NCBI GenBank assembly: GCA_009602725.1
Contig: WELB01000025.1
Coordinates: 994,678-1,058,677, forward strand
Length of the DNA: 64,000 nt
Direction of reading: 5' to 3'
Origin: Spirogloea muscicola
Lineage: Eukaryota
Shown here: positions 37,895-48,434 of the stretch, piece after piece
Numbering within the stretch: the stretch's first letter is position 1
How the letters are laid out: the number at the start of each line of letters is the position of its first letter
Translations under genes and position numbers: made by a program
Notes under the pieces: model-generated
What the model was told of the DNA's origin: nothing
What the model saw: the letters and a program-made list of their open reading frames with translations, nothing else
The model's database searches: none

Positions 37895-38072
37895 TGGGAC
37901 TGGTAACCGGTTCTTTGCGCTGTTGCGCTGGGTTACTGGGACCTGGTTCTTGCGCTGTTGCGCTGGATTACTGTCAATTGGAATTTGCGCTGCTGCGCTG
38001 GATTACTGTCGACTGAAATATACGCTGCTGCGCTGGGCTACTGATGACTGGTTTGTGCGCTGTTACGCTGAA
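37895..38072. repeat. Minisatellite, ~35-bp unit, ~5 copies
   Basis: Repeated GCGCTG(T/C)TGCGCTGG(G/A)TTACTG core. Confidence 0.8.
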
Positions 38073-38149
38073 ATAGTGCATCAGGAACCATCCAGAAATA
38101 GTGAATTAGGACCTCATCAAGGACATACTATTGCTTGGTTTGGGCTGCA

Positions 38150-39030
38150 CTGAGTGCCGTGTATTCTGTTCCCAACATCCTCTCCATTTTGGGGCATTTT
38201 TTCTCTTTCATGCCGATTATCCAACTTGCGGCTGCTGACTGGGGGTCACCGAACAGGCATTCTTAGCGGGCCCTACGCTTTGCGACGCCTCTGGACCTTG
38301 TTCATAATACTTGTGGGCTGGCTTTCCACAGCCGTGCCCCGTTTGGGAAAGCTGCTTCTCCTTCTTATTCAAGCTGCTGCAAGCTCCAATTGCGACCGCT
38401 GACTTAGGCATGCTGAGCAGACATCCTTAGTTTCTACGCTTCTTGACTCTTTTGGACCTTGTTCATGCTTTTGTGACCGGCTTTTTACGACCCTTGCACC
38501 CTTTTAAAGAGCTGGTTAATCTTTTCTGGAGTGCTCTGTCCCGCTCCGGACCTCCTGCACGTTACACTAGCATCACCCTGCATCCTCGAGCTTCCATTTT
38601 TTTGCAGGCTACCACAAATGCGTCCATCTGTTGGGGCTAGCCTGTCACAGCCTCAACCCCTTCAGAAATTCTCCTCGTTCACAGCCACCTTGTTCTTCCT
38701 GGAAAGAGCTTTCTGTTTCTCTCAGCATTGGCAGACTGATCAAGTCACGTTGTTACCGATAATCTTCATAGCCACTTGCACTGCTGCGTAGTTCGCATCT
38801 TGCCCACTTGGTACTCTGTCCACTGCATTAGGCATCCTCACTGATCACTTGTTCTCTCCTCAGCCATCAGTTCTCCTGAGCTATACGTCTTTCGACTCCT
38901 CTGGACCTTATTCACTCTTTTGTGGGCTTGCGTGTCGCAGTCATCCCCCACTTTTAGAAGAGCTGCTTCCCTTTTGGACTGGCCTTTCGGTGCCATTGCT
39001 GCCTTTGGACGAGCTTCATCCCTCACTCAT
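38150..39030 (+). repeat. Stack of old CRE 3' ends
   Basis: NLRLLTGGH remnant and several TGGACCTTGTTCA..GGGCTGGC..CAGCC modules. Confidence 0.6.
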
Positions 39031-41371
39031 GCAACAGGCAGGGCAGGATATAGTGTCGTCAAATGACCGTCATCCGTCCGTTTAGATACACTTTCTAGTA
39101 TTTGACAATCGCAGTATCTGTCTCGACTGACTCTCAATTAGCTGGGCCCAATCCACTAAAGATTTGGGAGCACGTGGAGACGAGATAGCCACGAGAAAGT
39201 TGCCACAGAGGTAGCCATGCCCTTTTTCAAATGCTGCGCCGCTTGTACTTGCTTACAGATCAGTAAGTGATGGCCCGGAATCTTCAAGCCTTTATCCTCA
39301 ATGGGCGAGCCCTTCTTCATCTAGCATCAGCGACTTCTCAAGCGGAGTCTACGTACCCAGTGTTGCGCTGTTGCCGTGCAATGAGAGACAGGCCAGCTCA
39401 GACGAGACTTCGACCCATCAATCAACGTGTGAGCGCATTATGCCGCCGCCGCCGCTTCGGCCGCCGCCGCGCCGCCGCCATCAGAGCCGCTGGATCGCCA
39501 TTGCCGCCGCCGTCTCCACCATCAGTGCCGCCCCACCGTTGTTGCCGCCATGGCCGCCCACCCCATCGTCAGCGGTATTGCCGACGCTGCTGCCGCCACC
39601 CCTCACTGGCATTGCCACCATTGCAAGTTGCCATTGCAGCCTCTGCGGCCGCCCTTCTCCCTGCCGCCAGAGGCGCGTCCAGTCTGCCACCGCCGTTGCT
39701 GCCGCTTTCTTCCACCTGTGTGGAATGTCTCTGGCAGCTTGCTTCCAGGCGCACAGTAGCCACTGCGCCGGCCTCTGCTCACCTCTGGATACACCACCAC
39801 GGCTACTCTTGCCACCCAGCGTCGCCACTGCTGCGCCCCTCCTCATGGTGCTTGCTTACATTGTCGCAGGCAGTCCTTTGTTACACCCTGCTCCTAAGCA
39901 TACACAAAATCACCTCCACCGCTTCGACTCCCCACCTCACTGGCTCTTGCCATCATACCCTGTGCCTGCATCAGCACTGCCCCCACCCCACCCCTTGCTG
40001 CTTGCACTGCTGCTACCAGCTGCACCATCACTTCCGAGGTCGTCACTGACCTCCTTGCCCGGTACCTGGCACAGATACCACCACGCCATCAAAGCAGCTA
40101 AAATCCCCACGCCATCAAAGCAGCTGAAAACCCAGCCTGGTGTCCACCAGCTTGAGACCGCTTGCAAGTCGAGCAAACCAAGTTGCAACTGCCTGCTAGC
40201 TGCAAGTTTCAAGCCCTTTGCTACATCCCTCGGTGGCGTCTTCAGCTGCTGCGATAGGTGTGCTGCCTTTATTGCTCCTCGGTTTACTACTCTGGCAGCT
40301 GCAGGTCCTTCCATGGAGCCTCCCCACGTTGACATGGATGGCAGGGCTCCTCCAGTGCCCCGTAGCTTTGCGTCGTCCCTGTTCTTATATCAACCTGGCA
40401 CGCTATTGATCTGACAGTTTTGCCGCTGATCATGCTGCCGACTCTGACCTCTCCTTCCACGTGCGTGCCTGTGCTCGTCAGATGAGCAGCAGCTGATGCT
40501 GCCCTTCCCTCCAGTCACATGCAGCCTTTCCCAGCCGTCCCCCAGCTCCATTGCAGAAGGGCTGCCAGTCTACGATTTAGTCTCGTGCTTATCTCTAATT
40601 AAGCAGCGCATCCTAGCGGCGCGTCCCTCAATAAGCGCAGCCACATGTGCACTGTGCTTGACGCTGAATAACGGCTGTTCTTAATGAGGCGGTCTTGACC
40701 ATTTACCTCTTTGTCCTCATGGCTCTAACTTGGCTGCTCTTTGTCGGCGGCGCAGCCTTCTGCAAGCAGCTCCTTTACTGTCTGGGTTTCTTGAAGGTGG
40801 GCTGCAGAGAGGAGCCCTTTGTGGACCATGAAGTTGTGCTACAGCCCCCGCAAACCTTGGTGCAATCTGCTGAGGCATGGCAGCCTACCAGTGGCTGCCT
40901 TGCTCGTGTGTGCCCTCCACTTCGCCAATTCAGGCGAGCCCTATTATGTCGTGCAGGCCATCGAGCCCTTCTCTCATGCTCTGGCAAGTGACGCTACGTG
41001 GTTACAACCAATGCCAGCCCCTTGTCCCCTTGCTAATAGTAGCTGCGCCCACAAGGAGGTGGACATTGACAGAGTGATCTCTATCACACCGGCAAGAGCA
41101 AAGCTGTCAGGGGCCCTCTAGCATGGATTTGGAGCACCTAAGAAGCTGTAGTTGGGAAGCGATGCAGTGGCCTCACCACCTTCATGCATGTTGGCGAACA
41201 CGTCACATGTGGGCACCTGCTGCTCTGCTTACTGTAAATGCTGTCTACCAGCCTCCTAACGGCCCTGGCGGAGAGACTCTGTGGCACCTCGCTAAAAAAG
41301 TCAATTCTCTGAGCGATGTATTGCAGGCCAAGGCATAGTATTTCTAGCAGCATGGGCATGCGTGATTCTTG

Positions 41372-41381
41372 TCTCTCTCTG

Positions 41382-41467
<86 letters not shown>
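41372..41467. repeat. (CT)n then (GT)n microsatellite; second (GT)n at 41807-41876
   Basis: Direct observation. Confidence 0.95.
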
Positions 41468-41468
41468 N

Positions 41469-41804
41469 TATCTCCAGTTACCAACATTAGCATAAAAAAA
41501 GTAAAAATTGAAAGATAACACATAAATCGAGGACTGTGTGTGTGAAATACTACAAAGCAGCCCATAATTCCTAATGCCAGGCCAAAATCTCCTACTCGAT
41601 TCACAAGCATTGCTTTAATGGCAGCTTTGTTAGCTTGAAGACGAGTAAACCAAAAATTAATGAGCAAATAAGAAGCAAGACCAACCCCTTCCCAGCCTAA
41701 AAACAGTTGAATTAAATTATCTCCAGTTACCAACATTAGCATAAAAAAAGTAAAAATTGAAAGATAACACATAAATCGAGGACTGTGAGGATCATGAGAC
41801 ATGT

Positions 41805-41806
<2 letters not shown>
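41469..41806 (-). pseudogene. nad5: Mitochondrial NADH dehydrogenase subunit 5 fragment (NUMT or mis-assembly), with a 70-bp duplication
   Basis: [80 protein letters not shown]-rich; 41469-41538 is identical to 41718-41787. Confidence 0.92.
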
Positions 41807-41879
<73 letters not shown>

Positions 41880-43499
41880 ATTTCTGCTGTTGGCCACAGG
41901 GCACGCGGCAAGTTCATGCTCTTGCACTTGCCTGTTGTGCACCTCTGCATCCTCTAGCGACTGCTGCCACAGTTGGGCGTCATCATCTCGGTCTAAGCCA
42001 AAGTAACACTCTGGGTGCCCCTACTCAACCTTGTTGTAGCTCAAAGCACCTTGCTCCTGGGCGAGCCAGGGTGGTTCTGGGCGCCCTCATTATCTGCAGG
42101 CTCAAATGCACGAGCACCTCCTTGACATCGTTTCAAAAAGGGCGTGGTTCTTCGTCCTCCAGGCTTGCAGGTGGCTTCGGCATTCTTGATTGCTGCATGG
42201 AGCTTGATGTCTCTTTTCACATAGCCTATCCTTCTGAGTATGCTAGCTTTCACGTAGCACATAATAGCACAATAGTAGGGGCTACCTCGTTCAACACCCT
42301 CGATTGTTGGCCTACCGGCCTTTGGCAGTCTCGCCCAGTGGGCTCGGGGCTCGGGGCGGCTTGGGTTATGCCCTGTGGTTCAGGCTTGCAGGCATACCTA
42401 CTCTAGAAGCTGGGCAGCTCTCACTGCCCCAGACTCATCTCTCTTCTTTTCGCCACAGTGGCGTACCCTCGAGGCCTGGTGATCTTCTTGCAACCTGGGC
42501 AACTGGCCTCTACTACCTCCTCCAAGCCCATCCAGAGCTGCTGAAGGTATCTGTCACAACATCCGCATGCAGTAACGACATGGGGGGCGCAGCAGCGCTA
42601 CTTCAAGGAGGGGTGTTGGCGACTTGCGACAAAGTGCAAAATGTGCCGCTGCTGACTAGACCAGAGCCAGCTCAATGCCATTTCTCCTGGCGCACTGTAA
42701 TGCTTCCCAATTGGCTGTGCAGCAGCGCCTGGGCACTCTGTGCTTCCTGAATCACTATAAGATGGCAGTGTAAGTGCACAATTCAGGAGGCAGATGTGAC
42801 TAAGGCCTATTGCTTGTGGTAGATGCAGCTGGAAAGTGGAGTGGGTGGACGCTCATGACTGCATGACACTACGTATAGCTTTTTCTGCGAATCCTAAGTA
42901 TCCTGTGCCACCTCATTCTTGGTTTCGATTGTAGGTGCGTGCTGACGGGCCCACACTTGATGAGCCGATCTTGGTGGTGCCGATGCTAATAATTTGGCTG
43001 CAGGACCTGGCACAGCCAAGTACAAGCCATGTTGTAACAGATGTTCTCTCTTCAGTTTTCTATCTACATGGTCTGCTCAAAGAGAACAAGGTAGGTAGAT
43101 GGTGGCTTGTGAGGTATTAAGGTATCTACCTGGATAATGTGCCATTTGACAGGACTAGTCGTTGCACTACAAGCGCTTGGAGTTACAAGCCTTGCCACTC
43201 CAAGAAAAAAGTTGAGTATATTAAGTGATGGAGGGCCTGAGTAGCCAAGTACAAAGGCAAGCACATCGGAAGAGGAGATTAGAACAATCGATCCAGTGGC
43301 AGATTCGACATGAGACAGATGTGATCTGCCCATTTGTTGCTCTGCCATACCTGTAAGTCAATTGTAGCCACCTAACCGCCTCTGTAGCAGCTTGTACTCG
43401 GTGGGATGCCACTATGACACTCGTGATTCAATAAGTAGCCTTGCTGCCCATGTAAACCTATCAGGTCCAAGACAAATTGAAATGAACATGTTCACTCGA

Positions 43500-44640
43500 G
43501 GTACTGAATGAACATAAGAGACAGATATAAGTAAATTACAAAGAATGTGCAATTGTGGGGTCAACACCCACATCGTGCGGTTAAAATTGTTGCACCTTAG
43601 GATGCCACCAGTGCAGGCAGTCGATGTATTGTGCAGACTTGTCTAGACATTGAGTAGCTACACAAGCGGCTGGCATGAGACCAGGTCCTCTTGTATATGC
43701 GAGCGACCCTTGTAAGAGATGTATGTATGTACAATGCACTTACAGAGGTGTCATAGGTGTGTTGTACATACATTCATGTTCTGACATGCTAAGCAGCAAG
43801 AGCTTGCGTCATGAATGTGCCGCTTGCTGTCTACAGCACACAACTCGGCTGGTGGGGTGAAATATACATACACTAATCAAGCAGTAGCAGCAAGTGGCTG
43901 CAACAATGTGGAGCTTGCTCTACTCTGCTCTACTCTGCTGTACATAAAAATCCCCAATGCTGGTGCATGCGGTGAAGACCTGGGTACCCCACCCACGCCA
44001 GGTCATTTGGCTCGAGCAATGGCACCTCTGGTACCTGCACAAGGTGTTGAGCTCTTGACTGTATGTCAATTTGAAATCTTACCCACCTTTGTTTTCTAAA
44101 GCTCAGGGGAAGAACCCAGAGCTAGAGCTAACCAATGGTTGAGGCTGTCTTATGGCACCGCAAATTTACACAGCATCTTCACTAAATAGGTGACCTTAGG
44201 ACTTGACATTAAGTGCTGAATTTGGCTTCAAGAGCTCGTAACATTTCTACATAGAATCAAAGTCGCACCTCGACTTCAGAGCAGACAATAAAGCAGACAA
44301 TCACATTCACAACACTTGATATGCAGGCGACAAAGGCTTGAGCGTAAGCCATGCAGGTATGCCAAGGAGTCCTAGCTGCAGCAATGTGAGCCTTCACCAT
44401 ATTTCCCAGGCAGTCAACTTGTAGCATCCCGACAAGGACACAGAATCGCACCTCCTGACAAGAGGGAGTGCGGGTGTTTCCCCCCTTGTTTAGGTAGAAG
44501 ATTGTGAGAGCCTACAGGGGATCAGAGCAGACGAACGCATCAGCGACACTTAACAAGCAGGCATTGAAGGCCATAGCAGACACCATGCATGCTTGCCAAG
44601 GGATTCTAGCTACAGCAGCTTGCCCCTTCATCATGTTTCT
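43500..44640 (-). mobile_element. Possible ancient CRE-like copy
   Basis: EPNDLAW resembles QPSDLLW; 44600-44640 resembles 27430-27470; weak. Confidence 0.3.
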
Positions 44641-46384
44641 CAAGCAATCATCGCGCACTTGCTCTCGCTCTCGCTCTTGTTCAAGCTGGGGCTCCCTCTC
44701 TCCCTCCCTCCCTTCCCTCCTCCCTCCCTCCTTCCCTCCCTCGCACCCTCTCTCTCACTTTCTGTGCACTTATGGTCGACTGAATTGAAGCTCACACTAA
44801 ACAATCGCTCTTCGCCCTCCACATTTGCTAGCTGAAATTGCACTCCATGTGATGGATACACAGAGGTGAGGTTGAAGCGTGTCGCATATATGGGCTCTGA
44901 CCTCGCAGAAAGCCGCTATGAAGTGCCCCACAAATCTCAAAAACCACGCCTTGACTTCTGGCATTCCTCCGAGCAGCGCTTACTATGTCACCAAGAGGGG
45001 GTGGGAACTGCGGCGGGTCGGAGCCTACGCGTCAGCGCCAGGTGAGAAACGAGGCCACAAGAGGTCAGCAGGCGCCAATTGTACGGCCGCAGGCAGGAAA
45101 CAGCCAGTTCTGTGGTGGGTTTGCGCGTGCTGGCAGGAGTGTGCGAGCTGGTGCGGCGCCAGGACGGCGTAGGAAGCAGGACGCAGTAAGGCCCGCAGCG
45201 AGGCAGGCCTTGGCTCCGGTTGCTTCCAGCCGTGTCAGGGCCAGCGAACGGAGTGGGTATCGAGTGATGGCCAGGAAGCCGGAGCGAGGCCCCGGCACCG
45301 TTAGAGCGTGCGAGCGCATCACGATTCGCATTGGGATTGGCGCATTGTTGCGCGGCGGCGCAGCACCTCGCGGGAGGAGGCGGGTTGCCGTCGGCGTCGT
45401 CGCGGCCGGCGAGGGCCCCGGCGGGCGCCCCGGCTGGGGCGCCGCTGGCGGCGGCGGCGGCGGCGGCGGCGGCGGAGCGGGAGGTGGAGGGGCAGATGAT
45501 GAGAAGGGGCTGCGCTGGTGGCTGGGAGCCACGCCCGGGCGAGCGGGCAACGGAGCAGCAAGTACGATGCGCGGGAAGAGGCGCGCGGCTGGGTTGGGTG
45601 CGCAAACCGGTGGGCGAGGCTCCGTCATGCCTCGTCTGCCCCTGCCATCGCTTGGCCACAGCAGCTGAGGGCGTCGGGAGGCGCGGGAGGAAGGTCTTCC
45701 AAGGCGGGCGAGGGCCGTGATATGCCAGCCCACGAAAGATTGACCGAAGGAGGAGGCGGCTGAGAAGGCAGCAATCTGTGGCCGTGGAAATGATGGGGAT
45801 AGGAATCGATGTCTTGAGAGGGAGAATGTGCGTGGGCCGCTGGCGGGGTGGCGGATGGAGACCGCTACCCTGCCCACCCTTTTGCACGGGACACATCAGG
45901 TGGAGGGCAACAGCGGGTCTTCTGTCTTGCAAATCAAGACAAGGAGTCATTAAGTTTAGGTGTTAAATGTTCTTTGTCATAACCGGCACATGCGGACCCC
46001 ACTGCGCGGCGCCCTTCTCGCAGCTTGTCCTCAGCCAGCCGACAGCCGAAGCGTGGCGTAAATGCGCTGCCGCCCCTATCTCAGGGATTCACAGCGCTGT
46101 TTCTTTGAACTCGCAGAGTTGCCGAGAAGCCAGACCCTGCCTGCTGCAAGCCTCCTACATCTGCATCAGCATCCGTGTGTGTAGCCCATCGGCCCGGTCT
46201 TTCGGCTAGCGCGGATGCCTGGAAAGTATCAGCGCTTCCCCAGTCCAACCAATTTTGCAAAACGTAGGCAAAGTCGCGCGGTCGTGAATAGCGGGACGGC
46301 ACCAGCAGGAGCCGAAGGAAGAAAGCGGCTCTTTTCAAGAAGGCGAGGATGAACAAGGTCCAGAGATGTCGGACACTCGTACTC

Positions 46385-47150
46385 AAAAAGAGGGAGGGGC
46401 TCCGTTAAAGAATACGTCCATCATGCCTATCCTGCAGAAGGCGGATGGACTCCATACTTGGCGGGTCGACCTGGTGGCCACCATGCCGGGCGGCGGTCCG
46501 CGCATCATCGCGACGTGGTCACCACAGATGTGGTGGACCCTTCCGGGGATTCTGCCTCAAGGGCTGGCCATGCAGCGGCGCACGCTGCTTCCGCAGCAAA
46601 GGGAGAAGCACGCAGATCACCCGGCAGGGGACGAGTTCGTCCTCCTAGCCATCGATGTGCACGGGGCTCTCTCTTTTTTGAGAAGGGCTCGCCCATTGAG
46701 GATAGGGGCTAGAAAAGGCCAGCCCGAAAGAGAATGAACAAAAGACATTTGTGGTCCCAGGCTCGACTTGTTGGCCCAGCTTGCGCGACGTGCTGTGTCC
46801 CGCAGGCGAGGCGAGCAGGCCGACTTCAAAGCTGCCGGCTCGCTAGCTCAGGTCTTTTGTATGTAGCTCTTCATCTCACTCCAGCGGTCCATGGCCACAC
46901 GCCTTGCATCTGCGTGCTGGCCGTGCTCAAGCTGCAGGCTCTGCCTTTCGCCAAGGGGATTGTTTTCCGGCAGCTAACCTGTCGGTTTTGAGGCTCCTCA
47001 CTTGTCGCTACTGAGTGGTCCATCCTCCACCCGTTCTGACATAGTACTACGGGCCCCTCCGTCATTTGGCTCCTTAGAAGCTTTGGCAATTCTTTTCGGG
47101 CTGGCTTTTCACAGCCCTTGCCCCCATTGGTAGAGCCACTTCTTCTTCTT
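46385..47150 (+). mobile_element. Degenerate RLE fragment with an antisense UTR module inserted at 46680-46745
   Basis: NTSIMP..ADGLHTWRVDLVATMPGGGPRII..EKHADHPAGDEFVLLAIDVHGAL. Confidence 0.8.
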
Positions 47151-47924
47151 GGTGTAGTGACGGGCAAGAGGTCCAGGAAAATGATTGCTGGAACAGCGTC
47201 GATGAAAGCCAGCCAGGTGCATATAGAGGGTCTTCATGATTACATAGCGCAGCCACAACGGAGCCAGGGAGGATACGGTACCTGGCAGGATGTGACACCC
47301 GCCCGCTTCCCGGCATTCAAGGTCATTGACTGTTACATTGTCCGCTCCCGCTGACTGCTGATTATCGCTTAGTCCGATCTTGCTACACTACTCCCCCCAT
47401 TAGCTGGGCGTTCCCGCGTCTCCAACGTCCGCCGTCGCGTCAAGGGGCACATCAACAGGCTTCAAGGCGTCGAGGAGGGAGGTCCTGTGGGGAGCACGCC
47501 CCACGCCAGGCTGCGTTCCAGCCACCTCCGCTGCACTCGAGGCCTTCGCCCGCCTGGGCCGTCTGGTCAGGCCGCTCTCCCGCTATAGCTGCAGCCTCTG
47601 GCTTTCGTCAAGGAAAGACGCTTCGTCAGGGGGATTGCTCTCCGGCTAATTAGTTCTTCTGAAATGCGGCTCCTCAATGGAGGTTACTGTGTGATTACCT
47701 TACCGGGAAGCGCTTTTGGCCCCTTCGAACCTTGTCTTTTCGGGCTGGCTGTTCACAGCCCTCGCCCTACTTTGGAGAGCCACTTTCTCCCGCTGGGACT
47801 GACCGCCGCCGAGGTCAGCGCCCCTCAAAGGAAGGAAAGTGCTCGCCCATTGAGAATAGGGGCTGGAAAACCAGCCCGAAAAAGAATGAACAAAGGAGCT
47901 CCTTTGCTCGGCCCCCGCTCAAGG

Positions 47925-48290
47925 TAAGGTTTTGTGTATTAGAAACAAATGTAGGCCAAATGGCCAAGTCCAAAGGCAAGCACATCTAAAGATCTACATA
48001 ATCTACAGCAGATTGACCTGTTCAATAACCACCGGTCAAAGCATAAAGGTCACTAATCGATGCTGGAATACTAGATGCCAGAAACGGAGCCCTTCTGCCA
48101 CAACTAGAGCTCGCCCAGCTTTCTGGTGCAAGGCACTAGCTGAGCACGCTGCAAACAGGCCGAAACTCGTCGTCGCAAGAGCGACAGATATGCAGCTGGC
48201 AAGCCCATCTCAGCCGGAAACACATCTGCACGTCGAGTGTAGCCTAAATTGGCAATGTTTTGAAGGAGTGTGGAAACGAGGACCTCGACA
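47925..48290 (-). mobile_element. Subfamily-B 3' fragment
   Basis: AAYLSLLRRRVSACLQRAQ plus B-type UTR. Confidence 0.85.
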
Positions 48291-48434
48291 GCCAATTATG
48301 TCGAAAGGGGGCTGCCCGTGCGCCTCCGGGCCTCCTTCCCGCCCTCTCCGGCCCCTTCATTTCCTGTTTGTAGAGAATCACTTTTTGTCAGAGTGGACGG
48401 GGCTTCCAGAGGGCACGGAGCACGCGGCTTTAAG

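Larger units (their letters stand above)
39400..43100 (+). mobile_element. Ancient decayed CRE-like copy interrupted by microsatellite and NUMT
   Basis: VVQAIEPF, EHLRSC, GETLWHL, LAVSPSGLGAR (cf. LPVSRGGLGCR); DNA similarity to 2500-3560 and 22800-23150. Confidence 0.6.

Noticed and set aside
41344..41802. Functional nad5 gene
   Set aside because: Only ~90 codons of a >600-aa protein, bounded by dinucleotide repeats
44985..45950. Long overlapping ORFs (227-320 aa); similar cases at 39267-40414 and 6169-7170
   Set aside because: GC-rich low-complexity sequence open in several frames; no recognisable domains
45953..45962. Telomere repeat TTTAGGG
   Set aside because: Single unit; expected by chance
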